64,000 nucleotides of DNA, from NCBI RefSeq assembly GCF_009914755.1, contig NC_060927.1, one strand, 5' to 3'. This document shows, in pieces, positions 26,936-42,930 of the stretch. Both the position numbers and the translations under genes were made by a program. The notes beneath the pieces are model-generated. The model made no database searches. It saw only the letters and a list, made by a program, of their open reading frames with translations, and was not told where the DNA came from. Origin of the DNA: the human T2T-CHM13v2.0 reference genome, Homo sapiens. Position 1 is the first letter of the stretch, and the number at the start of each line of letters is the position of its first letter.

Positions 26936-27225
26936 CTAGGTATTTTATTTTTCTGGTGGCTATTGTAGATGGGGTGAGTTCTTGATTTGGCTCTCAGCTT
27001 GAACATTATTGGTGTATAGAAATGCTACTGATTTTTGACATTGGTTTTGTATCCTAAAACTTTACTGAAGTTGTCTATTAGTTCCAGGAACCTTTTGGTG
27101 GAGTCTTTAGGATTTTCTAGGTATAGAACCATATCGTCCACGAAGAGAGATAGTTTGACTTCTTCTTTTCCTATTTTGATACCATTTGTTTTTTCTCTTG
27201 CCTGATTTTTCTGGCTAGGACTCCC
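25625..27225 (-). mobile_element. Older L1PA (about PA13-16) 3' part, with an internal deletion near 25905
   Basis: Antisense L1 3' UTR and ORF2 (ORF 26671-27006 ..[17 protein letters not shown]..). Confidence 0.88.
26875..26933. repeat. (TA)n microsatellite, about 29 units
   Basis: Direct reading. Confidence 0.98.
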
Positions 27226-27297
27226 AAAATATTCTAAAATTGGTTGTGGTGGTGATAGCTACACAGCTAAGTGAATAATCTCGAAACTTTACATTGG

Positions 27298-27610
27298 GGG
27301 CTGGGCTGGTGGTTCATGCCTATAATCCCAGTGCGTTGAGAGGCCAAGGCAGGAGGATCATTTCAGACTGGGAGTTTGAGACTAGCCTGAGCAACATATC
27401 AAAACTCCATCTCCACAAAAAGTTTTTTAAAAAATAGCCTGCATGGTGGCACATACCTGTAGTCCTAGCTACTTGAGAGGGTGAGGCATGAGGATCACTT
27501 AGGCCCAGGAATTTGAGGCTGCAGTAATCTTGATCATACCACTATACTCTAGGCTGTGTGACAGAGTGAGGACCCTATCTCTAAAAAAAAGAAAAAGAAA
27601 AAAAAAGAAC
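27298..27610 (+). mobile_element. AluJ
   Basis: Diverged dimer with the J-type GGAGGATCA..GAGGCTGCAGT. Confidence 0.9.
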
Positions 27611-29303
27611 AGAAACAAAACAGATACATCCTTTCTTGCTGAACTGAAATGTTAACTTTTGTTATACACTAAATTCATAAATACTCTAGTGACGGAGTAC
27701 AGGGAAATGCTACCCGAATATATGATGCCTTGGAAACAGAAAACAGCAGAAGCAGGAAGACCATTCTCACCTTCCCTATCTCCAAAAACAAAACAACAAT
27801 GAAAACTTAAATTGTACACTGTAAATGGGTGAGTTTTATGTTAATTATATCTTAATAAAACTATTTAAAACAAAACTGTTAGTCTACTCTAAGAATAAAC
27901 TAAATGAATTCTGTCTCTTGGAAGCTTTAAAACTATCAGCCTCTACATTATGCCCTTTACTCGGAATTTCTAATTCTAACAAAGCCTGCTTACTTTCAGA
28001 ATAACCCCAAATTCTAAATTATACAAGTCAAAATTGATGGGTTGGTAGTAAAATATATCCCTGCTAATTTTAAAATTAACATAGAATATTTAATACTGAA
28101 GTCACAGACAGTGAACATGAAAATAGTATTTAACAAAAAAAGTCTTAAGTGATGTTTCAAATGGTCATATCGACATTGTAACCAGACAACAAGTATTTTG
28201 CAGTGAAAGTGCTCATGTAAAAATTACTTGTGATGCAGACTTCCAGGAAGAGAAGAAATATAAAGAAACCTAGAATACAGAATAAAAGTCTAACATCATG
28301 GACCATTCTTGCCCATTACCATAGAGTAGACACCCAATATATGCAGATGACTGGCTTTGGAGATAGATTTAAACTCATAAATGACACAGCTTTTCTTTGA
28401 TTCAACAGGCCACATCAGCATGTATCATTCTTACAGAATGTTAGTGAATAAAAGAAATATCGACCATACAATGACAATGTTTATAGATTTTTTTAAAAAA
28501 AAACTACTTACCCCATTAAAGATTATAGAACCTACAAAATTCAAAGAGCTGGTTTAGAGTAGAATCAAGGGCTCCTGAATACTTGTCTATTTTCTTTCAA
28601 CCAGTCTCATGTTGCCTAATTTGTTAAGTCCACTGGGTAAAAAACGAATGTAACTAAACCTTAGTATAACTTTAGAATTGACCCTGTCAGCTATTTTTTC
28701 ATTGTGTGCAGCTGCTTAAATGGATTGTCTTCAGCAAAAAGCAATGTAAGTAATTGCATAGCATAAAAGTAAATGTTAAATTATAATTAAATTATTCTGC
28801 AAGCCTATCACACTAAGTTTATGGCCATTTCATCATACTGCAGCAGCACACAGAACAACAATTAGAGAGAAAGAAACGTTTTAAATTGAGATCTCAACTT
28901 TCTGAGGACTTGTCTCCTTGAAGGCATCTCCTAACATTATGTCATTACTTTTCATTTTAGTTTTTCAACTGTCAGCTTTTCTTTCATACATACATTTATT
29001 GCAAATCTTTTTCCTTGAGCAGATAGCCAAACACTGGAAGATTCCAAATTAAATGCTTCTTAGTTTGACTTAGCACAGAAAGGTCCTGATTTATTATTCA
29101 AGATTTACCAAGTGCTTCTCCTTGTCTCAGAGTTTTGCAATCATTTATTAGCTTTTCCTAAGAACTATCCTGTGAAGGTCATTTTTTGCATGTTTATTTG
29201 ACAGACCTTAATGGAGAAAATTATTTTGACTGAGGTTGGAGAATAAGGTTAGTTCAAAGTCTGCAATAAAAAGCCAAGGTCATGTTTAGCACACTTAGTT
29301 TCA

Positions 29304-30761
<1,458 letters not shown>

Positions 30762-31042
30762 GAAAATCCCTTGTTCTCCCAGCTGTTCTCAGAGCAGCAA
30801 TTTTCCACAGGGGTCATCACTGCTCACACAGTGTCTTTTACTTAATCTGTATAAATCTCTACAAGATACAAGTACTCTTTAAGTACAAGTCTTAGCAAAA
30901 TTGTGACAGTCATATCAATTACCTAGAAAGTATTCATGTGGGTGTACACACATGTATACAAGTAAAGGGGAATAATTTATTCAAAATGTATTCTTTCAAC
31001 AATAATTTTGGGAAGTCTACTATGTGTCTGGTATAATACTAG

Positions 31043-31380
<338 letters not shown>

Positions 31381-31475
31381 AGTTCTTGCCTTTAAGAAAC
31401 TAAAAACCTACAGTAGAAACAAAAGAAAGAATAGAAAAAACAGCAAGCAGAAAATTTTATGTATATGTATGTATG

Positions 31476-31477
<2 letters not shown>

Positions 31478-31516
<39 letters not shown>

Positions 31517-31522
31517 CACACA
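31478..31522. repeat. (CA)n/(TA)n microsatellite
   Basis: Direct reading. Confidence 0.95.
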
Positions 31523-32429
31523 CCCCATACACAACAACAATGAGAAATCTTAGTGACGTTAAAATGTCCAGGGTGTTTACGGGACTTCCAATAAAATAGT
31601 GGCCCAGAAACTGGTGATGTCTTTGAGAAGAAAAGGACATATTGGTAAAAGCTTTAGATTGGCGTATTTTGTGGGTAAAATGTGTGAGATGGGAGCAGCT
31701 GACAGTCCATTTCTCCACATAGATCTCTTCTCTTCTTACTGGGCACTGAGACTCTGAAAACGATACAGAATACAAAAAAAAAAAAAAAATTGGCATGCAC
31801 TAATGAATGTCCACCTGAATGTTAACATAACTAAGAAGATTCTGTCTCATCTTCCATTGTCATCATTGACTGCAGGATAATCAGTGACTACATCCTTCAT
31901 AATCCCAAATATTATGAAGAAAATGATACAAATAAGTACTAGCAATATAGTATGTATAAACTGTTTAGCACAATGCCAAGCACAGAGTAACTGCTTAATA
32001 AATGTTAGCTATTTTTAGTTGTTATTTCTATCTCAACTAATTGTGTAAGTAGCTCTTTTCAAATGCACTGGCGCTGCCATCTTGATAGAATCAGTAAAGG
32101 GGAAATAAAGGAGAAAAACCATGATAACAATATTGGCATTCATGTTTTAATTGGAAAAATAATAAGATAGAATCAATTATATTTTACCCTGTTTTGTGCT
32201 ATTCATTGTACTAGACGTATATATTATTTACTTTTTACATCGAGGAAGGTAGGTAGACAACTTCATTTTACAGCTAAGAAAAGTAAGGGTCAAAGAAGTT
32301 TAAATAGTATCACAAGTCGATATAGCTAGTGAAAAGGGCAACAAAATTGGATAATTTCTCCAAACTCCAATTTGTTTCTACAAAATCTCTTTTCAAATTC
32401 AGAAAATAGTAAAACCATGGTTTAATTCA

Positions 32430-32960
32430 TGCTATATGCCAGACTCTATGTATAAGGTATACAGAGGGAACAGTGACTCTTCAGATGTGGTCCATGGACT
32501 TCCATGGCTAAAAACGCAGAGGGAGATGGAAAAAATGGAGGCAATTGTAAAGCAAAAAACCAAAGTACTGTGGGAGCACACAATAGGAGCTTTAAGCCCT
32601 TGGAAAGAGTGCTATCAAAGCTGAGACATGAAACATGAGTATAAATTAGCATTGATAACGTGCAAGGAGCTGAGTGATGTAGGTATAGAGAGTAGTCTGC
32701 GTGATGCTCCGAGACAAAACTGGGAAGCATGAGTTTGAGAGTAAGACTCTCCACCACAGGATGGGACTGTGATGTGGACAGAGGTCCAGGTCACGCAGAG
32801 ACATTGAGAGTCTCTCAGAATGACCTGAGGATCATACAAAGCAATGGCTTCATTCCAACTTAGGATATGGAGCCTAGGACACATTTTAAGTAAGAGAGTA
32901 GAGTAATCAGAATTATATTTTAGAAGTAATATTTTTAGTAAAAGAATAAATTAGAAGAAA
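32430..32960 (-). mobile_element. L2 remnant (MIR fragments nearby at about 31880-32340)
   Basis: TATGCCAGAC..AAGTACTGTGGGAGCAC..AAGCTGAGACATGAA..GGTCCAGGTCACGCAG..TTTTAAGTAAGAGAG..TCAGAATTATATTTTAG pattern. Confidence 0.55.
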
Positions 32961-34069
32961 ATTGGCAGTCACATTTTGTTTTCATTAAATTGGCTTTTAA
33001 AAAAAGCTATTAGGCTCATATAAATAATTAGTAGGTGAACATACATACAAGTGAGAAACAGGCCGATGTGAAAACTGCTATGACTTATGCCATCTTTGAA
33101 GCTAAACAGGCTTGGCCTGACAAGATGTTCTGGTGAAGCTAACTGTGGAAGGCCATCTGTTTAGTGATCATTGAGAAGGTTTTAAAGAATAAAATGCATT
33201 TAGCACTCAGTTGGAATTCCATGACAGGTTGCCTGCCACGGTTTCTACTTGTAAAGAGAGATTTACAACAGGGAAGGCAGTTCAGGTAGTTGAGACACAG
33301 CAATTTACTAAAACATCCTAAAGCTGGTTCTGTTCCAAAACAAGGGAAAAAGCCATTTTTTATAATTCCAGACTTTTATTTCTGTTTCCAACTCCTAACC
33401 TAACACCTTACCTTTGGCAGATGATTTTGTTTCCTAATTCACAGAGATACAAGAGCAATTCTACCATATGAATCTCTTTAACTTCCCTCTATCACACATA
33501 AATATTCTATTCCCCTCTCCAGCTATTTATTAGGTTTATTACATTTGAAGTAAAAGATAATCCTACCCGTTGGCCAGGTCTAATAATCATTTGCCTTTAT
33601 TCTCCTTCCATCCCCTCACTTTTGGATTAGGGCTTCACTAAACAATTTCCCCCTCTTTCTTCTATCTTCTGACCCTCCCCCTTTCCCTGATCTCTTTCCA
33701 AAGCCTATTAATATACTCAGGTCTTATTCATAATAAAAAGAAAAAAGTTTTCTTTCATAAAGATGGAAATGTTGGCTGGAGTTTTATTTTAGAGTACTTA
33801 TAACTGCACCAGGATTGAGAGAAGACAGGGAAGGTGATGAAGAGGAAGGGAGAAATTTGCTTCCGTGATCTCATATCTTTTTCCTATTACTCTCTCTTTT
33901 GCCTTCCTTCTTTTAAACATCTTAGCTATGGTCTGAACTTGCAATTATTATTGCCCCATGCCCCACCATTCCAATTCGTTCCACTGAAACCTAGACTCAA
34001 ACCTTTTCATAGTTACTTTTCTTGCAAAGATGAGGCATACCTCCTTCTTGAAGCTGTCTATTTGCATCA

Positions 34070-35105
34070 AAGTAGATAAATTGGACTTTACCAAAATTAA
34101 AAACTTTTATGGATCAAAGGATACTATTAACAGAATACAAAGACAAACCACAGAATAGAAGTAAATATTAGCAAATCATATATCTGATAAGAAATTAATA
34201 TCTTGACTATATAAAGAACTCTAACTCAACAACAACAAAACAAAACAAAATTTAAAAAATGAGCAAACAGCATGGGTAGACGTTTCTCTAAAGAAGATAA
34301 ACAAATGGCCAATAAGTACATGAAAAGATGCTTAGCATCTCTAATTAGGGAAATAAAAATAAAAATTATAAGACACTACTTTACAAATATTAGAATAGCA
34401 ACTACTTAAAAACTAGAAAATAACAAGTGTTGGTGAGTATGTGGAGAAATTAGAACCCTTGTGCACCATGCTGGTGAAAATGTACAACAGTGCAGCCACT
34501 GTGGAGAACAGTATGACATTTGCTCAAAATATTAAACATATGATTTACCAATTTCACTTCTGGGTATATGTCTAAAAGGACTAAAAGCAGGAGCTTGAAG
34601 AGATATTTGTACGTGCAATTCATAACAGTTTTATTCACAACAGCCAAAAGGTGAAAGCAATCCAAGTATCCATTGATGAATAAAAGGATAAATAAAATGT
34701 GATATAAACATACAATACAATATTTTCCAGATCAAAAAAAAAAGGAAATTGTGACACATGCTACAACATGGATGAACCTTGAAGACTTATGTTAAGTGAA
34801 AAAAGCCAGTCATGAAAAAAAAAAAATCAAAGATTGTTCAATTCTACTTATACAAGGTACTAGAGTAGTCAAATTAACAGAGACAGAAAGTAGAATAGTG
34901 GTGGCCAAGGGCTGGGGAGAGGAAGGAACTGAGAATCAGGGCTGAATAAATACAGTGTTTCATTTTGGGAAGATGAAAAAGTTGTGGAGATGGATGGCAG
35001 TGATGGTTGCACAATAATGTGAATGTACTTAACAATATTGAACTGTACACTTAAAATTGGTCAATATAGTAAATTTTATGTATATCTTAGCACAATAAAA
35101 ATATT
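34070..35105 (+). mobile_element. L1MB-like 3' end
   Basis: ORF2 C-terminus and a 3' UTR ending AACTGTACACTTAAAATTGG..CACAATAAAA. Confidence 0.85.
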
Positions 35106-35199
35106 TTATTGTTTTCTTCCATTGTGCATGGTATCTTATTTTGTTTTATGGGCTTTTTTCTTTGTAAAGGTAAATGCTGATATTTATAAGATCTTATTT

Positions 35200-37095
35200 T
35201 TTATTTTAAATTATCATTTAAAAATTTTTTGTGGGTACATGGTAGGTGTATATATTTATGGGTACACGAGATATTTTGATACAGGCTTTCAATGTGAAAT
35301 AAGCACATCATGGAAAATGGGGTATCCATCTCCTCAAGTATTTATCCATTGAGTTGTAAACAATCCAATTACATTCTTTAAGTTATTTTAAAATGTGCAA
35401 TTAAGTTATTATTGACAATAGTCACCCTGTTGTGTTATCAAGTAGTAGATCTTCCTCATTCTTTCTATTTATTTTCAGTAACTATTAGCCATCTGTACTT
35501 CCCCCACAACCCTCAATAACCTTCCCAGCCTCTGGTAGCCACCCTTCTACCCTCTATGTCCAAGAGTTCAATTGTTTTAATTTTTAGATTCCACATATAA
35601 GTGTGACCATGCAATGTTTGTCTTTCTGTACCTGGCTTATTTCACTTAACATAATGATCTCCAGTTCCATCCATGTTGTTGCAAATGACTGGATCTCATT
35701 CCTTTTTATGGCTGAATAGTACTCCATTGTATGTACCACATTTTCTTTATCCATTCCTCTGTTGATGGACACTTAGGTTGCTTCCAAATCTTAGCTATTG
35801 TAAACAGTGCTGCAACAAACATAGGAGTGTGGCTATCTCTTAGATACACTTATTTCCTTTCTTTTGGATATATACCCAGCAGTGGGATTGATGGATCATA
35901 TGGCAGCTCAATTTTTAGCTTTCTGAGGAACCTCCAAACTGTTCTCCATAGAGGGTGCACTAATTTAAATTCCCACCAATAGTGCACAAGGGTTCCCTTT
36001 TCTCCACATACTCACCAGCATTTGTTATTGCCTGTCTTTGGATATAAGACATTTTAACTGGGGTGGGATGATATCTCATTGTAGTTTTGATGATCAGTGA
36101 TGTTGAGCACCTTTTCATATGCCTGCTTGAAATTCATATGTCTTCTTTTGAGAAATGTCTGTTTAGATCTTTTGCCCATTTTTAAATGAGATTAATAGAT
36201 TGTTTCCTACAGAGTTGTTTGAGTTCCTTATATATGCTGGTTATTAATCCTTTGTCAGGTGGGTAATCTGCAAATATTTTCTCCCATTTTGTGGGTTTTC
36301 TCTTCATGTTGATTGTATCTTTTGGTGTGCAGAAGCTTTTTAACTTGATATGATCCCATTTATCCAGTTTTGCTTTGGTTGCCTGTGCTTGTGAGATATT
36401 ACTCAAGAATTTTTTTCCCCAGACCATGTCCTGAAGATTTTCCTCAATGTTTTCTTGTAGTAGTTTCATAATTTGAGATCTTAGATTTAAGTTTCTAATT
36501 CTTTTTTTAGGTTTCTTTTTTTCATTATACTTTAAGTTATGGGATACATGTGCAGAACGTGTAGGTTTGTTACATAGGTATACACATGCCGTGGTGGTTT
36601 GCTGCACCCGTCAACCCATCATCTACTTTAGGTATTTCTCCTAATGCTATCTCTCCCCTAGCTCCCCCTGCTTGACAGACCCTGGTGTGTGATGTTCCCC
36701 TCCCTGTGTCCATGTGTTCTCATTGTTCAACTCCCATTTATAAGTGAGAACATGAGGTGTTTGGTTTTCTGTTGTTGTGTTAGTTTGCTGAGAATGGATG
36801 AGTTCATGTCCTTTGCAGGGACATGGATGAAGCTGCTAAGTATCATTCTCTAATTCATTTTGATTTGATTTTTGTATATGGTGAGCAATAAGCATCTATT
36901 TTTATTCTTCTGCACATGGATTTTCAGTTTTGCCAACACCATTTATTGAACAGACTGTGTTTTTCCTACCATCATTTATTGCAGAGACTATACATTCTTG
37001 GCACCTTTGTTGAAAATGAGTTCACTGTAGGTGTATGGACTTGTTTCTGGATTCTCTATTCTGTTCCATTGGTCTGTGTGTCTGTTTTTATAACT
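35200..37095 (-). mobile_element. L1MA-like 3' part hosting a nested L1PA
   Basis: Antisense L1 3' UTR and ORF2 (ORF 36182-36607 ..KLDKWDHIKLKSFC..). Confidence 0.87.
36502..36848 (-). mobile_element. Short L1PA 3' fragment with a tiny 5' inversion
   Basis: Antisense 3' UTR at 36502-36796, then sense GATGAGTTCATGTCC..GAAGCTG..ATCATTCTC. Flanked by TCTAATTC repeats. Confidence 0.8.
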
Positions 37096-37859
37096 ATGAT
37101 ATTGGAAGAAAAGTTTCATTAGCTTACCAATGATTGTGCATAAACACAATTTATACCTTTTTCACAATCACTGGGTGATAATCAAACTAGACTCTAGCAA
37201 AATATTGAGTTCCTAGTACTATCTGTGGTGAAAAATAGTTCTAACAACATGTATTGTAAGACTAAAATTGTACTGTAAAGGCCATAAATGATATTGCAAC
37301 TACTGTACTTATCTATTACTGAGTTTCTGTCAGCATATTAAGGAAGTGTTCATTGGAAATAACTAGAGTGGAAATACGTTTTGTTTAGCTGCCTGCATCA
37401 GAAGATAAGCAATATTACCCTAATTTTTCCGTGTAACTCTTTGACGACTGTTATTTTATACAAATAAAGAGACATCCCTGTCACCAAAGAAATGATAGCT
37501 TAATAATGGTAATAAAATACCTGGCTTCTTTATTTTTAAAAAATATGCCCAAAAAAATGACATATTGTCTAGAAATGCATCCATAAGAACTAAACATATA
37601 AAGACATGCCTAGAAGGATGACCATCAAACTCAACATACTCAGAAGGAATTTGATTGGTGTGGGCAAGCAAAATACTTCCACAAAAAAAGTAATTATTTA
37701 TTATGTCATAATTTATAGTAGATATATGTTTATTATTCTTTATCTTTTTGTCACAAATCTTTGATAATAAAAAACAGAATAAAATCCCATGTTTAAATTA
37801 TTTTCCTTTGCAATTGTGACCTCACTTCTTGCTTCTTGGGTCATTAAGAGAAATCTAAA

Positions 37860-38430
37860 GTCAATCTAAGTCTTTTTCTTTTAGGAAGATCTGCTCTATT
37901 CACAAGCTTTTGGAATATTCTTGATATAGTTGATGTTAATTATAATATGTCTAGATGTAAATGTTATATTTTAACTATAATATGTCTAGATGTAAATGTT
38001 TCCTTGTTTATCCTATTTGTCATACTAAGAATCTCTTCAATATGATTTATTTATTTTGCTCTAGTTCTGAAAAATTGTGCGTGATTATGTATTCAACACT
38101 TTCCTCTCCATCTTTTCTATCCTAATATTTAGATTTTGATGTTTCTAGTACTAAATTTTATACACCTTAACTTTTAAAATTTCTCTTTTAATTCCTGCTA
38201 ATTCTTTTCACAAGAGTTTGTTGACATAATACTCTCATTTATTCATTTTCAGGTATAATTATTCATTTTTAATGTTTTAATTATTTTCTTTCTACATCCA
38301 AGTTTTCTACTTTGTGTTTCTTTAAAATGGCTTGCATTTCCCTCATTTTGTTATTATTCTGTAGTATTAGAGGACAGTGTTTTTATTTTTAATTCTTGAT
38401 TTGATATTTTAATTAAGTCTCATTCATCTA
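37860..38430 (-). mobile_element. Very old L1M(E) ORF1-region remnant
   Basis: T-rich antisense L1-like sequence (TATAATATGTCTAGATGT, AGTTCTGAAAAATT..). Confidence 0.45.
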
Positions 38431-41400
38431 GTCTGACTTGCCTATTTTATTGACCCTCCTATTTCATGATTCTGCCTCACAAAAGTCTGACACCATTTGC
38501 CAGCACATCTTCCCTGGGCATATGCAATATCTTGCTGGTAATGTGTATAAGGTAGAGCATGTGCTGCTCTTGGCCTGGTTAAAGGTGGGAGAGATATACC
38601 ACGAGGCAGAGGCTGAGGAGCCATCATCTGCCCCCGACCCAACAGATGGCACTGGTTTTCAGGGAACCCTCTGCTGTGACACAGCTCTCTCCCAGAGCCT
38701 GCCTTCATTGTTTGGTTATTCACAGCTAGGTGAGGGTGGTGGCAGGAGAGGAGGGGATGAGGGCTTGTTCAGAAGCTGGCCTTCCAGTCTGTGTGGTCTT
38801 AAGCCTCTCTGATGTCACCCTACTGACCCCAGTGGCCCTACACAGTCACAGCTGCTTTTCTATCAAAAATGAGGAGGAAGTGAGCATCTATGCAAGCCAG
38901 TGTGACACTACGAGAAAGGAGCACAATTGAAAGCTCTTCCCCTAAGTAGTTTCTATGCTGTGCATGCAAACCTTTTCAGTCCTGCCAGCTATTTCTCTCC
39001 ATACAAGCACAAAACCACCTCTCTCTGCCCAGTGTTTTCTAACAGTCTTGATTTAGTTCTTCAGACCCACACTTTTTGTCATTTAACTCCTGTGTCTTTT
39101 CTGGGGTTGAACTGGGAGAAGGAATAAAGTAAGCAGCAGCAAAGTCTGATAGAGATTCAAACATTGCCAAGCAAGATTACTTGGACATGGCATTGTTTGC
39201 ATTCAGTTTATTTTGCTAAAACTCACAAACAAGCAATGCAAATAATTCATGCAAGTAGAAAACAGGACACAGCTCCACAAGGCCTCCCTAGTCTCTCATG
39301 GAGGGTACTTGAGGTCTAGTCAGCGAAACAGTGAAGGGAGTGCCAATTCACCAGAGCAGCCCAGAGCAAGGGCTCACTGGCTTTCACCATTACCTCCAAT
39401 AAGGTTCTACCTACATATAAAAGGTCCCTTGCTATACCTGTGCTGTCTTCCTGCTTCATAGGGCCAGTAGTAATCTGTAGCCTGTGATCTGTTTCTCTAG
39501 TGGCAGTAACCCTAATTATTTATTTCATTTTTTATATTTCTGTTTTATTTACCAACCACTCAAGGTCAGAAGTCCTATTCATTATTTCTGTATCTTTAAT
39601 AGTTTGCATTCTGTAGCACTCAGTGAGCATTCATTTTTGTTATTGTTTTGTTGTTTATGAGCAAATGGAGGAGAGTGTCATGAGTTAACATGGTAAGTGT
39701 TAAATAGTTGAAATCTCAATTAAAAAATTAGATGTCTATCTGTGAAGCAGTCACTTCTGAGGTATCAGTCTTCACAGGAATTTTACTCTAGAGTTTGGAA
39801 GTAGGGGTGTTCTGCAAAGCCAAAAGGAGAATCCAGAAGTCATAAGAAACTTAGACGCATGGGGGAAATCAATAACAGAAAGTATAGACGAGTTGTCAGG
39901 GTTCTGTACAGAAATTTAAGGGAAAAGCAGAGTCGAGTTTGTTCAGGTCAATGAAGAGAATTGTAGGACCTCAGTAGATTGACTCTAGGAAACAAACAAA
40001 CACAAAACATTAAAAAAAAAAAAAAACTGCCAAAGCAACATCTGAAGTGACTCCTAACCTCTCTTTTATCAGGGCTGAGCCTAGGTAACCACTCAGTGGG
40101 CAGATCTCTCACCTAAAAAAGGTGAGAGCAGAACCGAAAACATCAAAGTAATTATTGATAAGAAAGCGTGCTTTGATGTATTGCCCTCTTCCCAACCATT
40201 TCCACTATGAGCCTCCAGAGGTTTGAGATGATGAAGCAATAATGTCTGGGGGAGAGGTTAGCACAATTTCTCCCCTAATTGCAAGGTAGATAAGAAAATA
40301 TTTAATATTTCCCATGCAGTGTTAGAAAGTTTTCCAGTCTCTAAAATTCTATATCTACATTCAAATTTAATGAGGCTATTAACTAAAGTTGCTTCATGTT
40401 TGAGAGTTGTTTATAAAGCACATATAAAAGATAAACTAAATGACGGGTATATACAATCAAGTAAAGGGTCATTACCCTCATTTGAACAACCAATATACAG
40501 CAATTAATGGGGATTTCTCAGTTTAGAAATATTTTTAAAGAGCAGGACTAAATTACTAAGGGAAAAATGAAAAGTTAATTAGTTACTTCTGACTTGTGCT
40601 GGGCTTTATTGTTATGCAATCTTTTGAGGTCATCTTTAGAAACAAGATATTGATGTGTCCAAGGTGCTAAGCCCATCCGCTTGTTCTTGAGGTTCTAATT
40701 AACTTCCATGCTGGTTTGATTAACACTGGCATTTGCTTTTTCCTAGAAGAAAGCAGCCTCTGTATAAAAGAGCATAACTGACTCATTTTTGGTTAGAAGG
40801 CTTGATAATTACAGAATTTTTTTATGTGATAACTTTTTTTTTGCATGGACTTTGTAATACATGACTTTTGTAACTTATATTGAGTTATTACATAAATGCA
40901 CATTTTTAAAACTTTCTTCTTAAAAGGCCAAAGGGGAACTTTTACTATGTTTTTGTGAAAGAAGGTATGAAAAACAACATAAAATAAGCAATTTCATTTG
41001 TCTCTGCTTGTTATAATTGTAATATTAAAATAACCAGCATATTTTATTTTTGGTGTCTACTTGAATAGCCTATGCAACATAGTCACAGTGATTTCTCAAT
41101 TCCTTAACTTATCTTCAGGGTCCTACCATCTCCATTCCAGCCACCTGTTCTAATAGTTCTTCCCTGGAAATTTCATCTTATCATGCTCTTCTGCCAATAT
41201 CACTAGATCAACCTCTCTACTTTATGACCACAGTGACCATCTTTCCTTACAGCAAGAATGGCATAATTAGTGTTTCTAGTGGTTCTTAGAGTGAGTTGGA
41301 GAGGAAAGAAGATCATTCAAAAGGCCATTTTAGTAACAAAATAAAATAAATAAATAAACCAAAGTGGTAGTGATGAGAAGGTGAAAAATGGGAGTAAGAA

Positions 41401-41465
41401 ATATTGTGTATGTAGAAGAGACAGAAATTGGTTGAAGAGCAAATGTGGAAATTGGAAGAAATGAG

Positions 41466-42043
41466 TGTTCTAGTTTTCTACTGCTGCATAACAAATTACC
41501 ATAAATTTAGTGGCTTAAAACAACACATATTTATTATCTCAAAGTTTCTGTAGGTCACAAGTTTGGGCATAGCTTCATTGGGTACTTTGCTCAAGGTTTC
41601 ACAAAGCTGTAATCAAAATGGTGGTTGGGATGTATTCTCATCTGGAAGCTCAACTAGGGAAGTATTCACTTCCAAGCTTCCTCAGGTTGTTGGTAGAATT
41701 CATTTCTGTTTGGCTGTAAAATTCATGGCAGCTTACTTCTCCAAAGCCAGAAAGGGAGAGAGTATCTGCTATTTCCTGTGCCTTATTTTGGAAAAGGCTT
41801 ACAGCCTCTTTTAAAGGGCTCACATGATTAAGTCAGGCCAACCCAGGATAATCTCCCTTTTTATTAACTAAAAATCAACTGACTAAAGACCTTAGTTACA
41901 TCTAAGCTTTCCCTTCACCTTTGCAATATTCTACTGGTTATAAGTGAGTTACAAGTTTCACTTGCATGAAAAAGGAGATTACAAAATGTTGTGCATTTCA
42001 CAGGGCAGGAATCACAGGCATCACTTTAGAATTCTGCCTATAC
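41466..42043 (-). mobile_element. MLT1 (E/F-like) LTR
   Basis: TGCTGCATAACAAATTACC..AGTGGCTTAAAACAACAC..TTCTGCCTATACA. Confidence 0.85.
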
Positions 42044-42504
42044 AGAAAGAAAAAAACCCACAGATCTAAATACTTATCCTGGCTGAATGAGGACGTGGAG
42101 GTACTAGTGAAATGAGACAAAAAATAAACAGGCTTGGGAGAACAGATGTTTATACTTTCATTAAGATGATAAAAACATAAGAAGAGTTGCCCAGAGAAAC
42201 TGAAAATAAGATGGAACGAAAGGTGGAGGTCCTAATTCAAAATATTGATTTACCCATAGAGGGTACATTTTAAGTTATCATATTAATATCTCATTAAAGA
42301 ACAGAAAGAAATTTGGGAGCAGGAGGCAGGGAATAGAAATCAGCAAAGAGTATAGTAATTAGACTAATTAAATATCATGCTGTGTTTGAATAAAAATGAC
42401 TAAAATATAGGAGAAAATTTAAGTAAGCATGCAGATATATAGCATGCAGGCCAGTGGGTTTTAGACTTATGTGTGCTTTCTTAGGAAAGCTTCTTAAAGA
42501 AGGT

Positions 42505-42930
42505 ATACAGATTAGGAATACAGATATAAAACTTTTTGTTCATAGATGACATGATCTCCGTATAAAATTCAAAACAACAAAAAACTGGAACTAGTAAGTG
42601 ATTATAGCAAGGTTGCAGAATACAAGGTTAGTATATAAAAGTAAATTACTTTCCTATAAATCAGCAATGCATAAGTGAAATTTGAAAATAAAAATACAAC
42701 ACCATTTGTATTAGCATGCTAAAAATGAAATACTTAGGTATAAATCTAACATAATATAAACAAAACTTATATGAGAAAAACTACAAACTCTGATAAAATA
42801 AATCAAGGAAGAGCTAAATAAGTGGAGAGATATTCCATGTTCACAGATAGGAAAACTCAGTATTGTCAATATATCAGTTTTTACCAACTTAATCTATAAA
42901 TTCAGTGCAATCTTAATGAAATTCCAGTTG
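42505..42930 (+). mobile_element. L1M ORF2 fragment
   Basis: CATAGATGACATGAT..GCAAGGTTGCAGAATACAAG..ATTCCATGTTCA. Confidence 0.75.

Noticed and set aside
27994-28531. Minus-strand micro-exon candidates (20, 42 and 20 nt), including an EF-hand-like reading
   Set aside because: Similar pseudo-exons occur on both strands in this AT-rich DNA, and the phases do not chain without stops.
38438-38812. 124-aa ORF in a GC-richer patch
   Set aside because: It has a non-ATG start, no recognisable domain, and adjoins old antisense L1; it is probably decayed L1 5' sequence.
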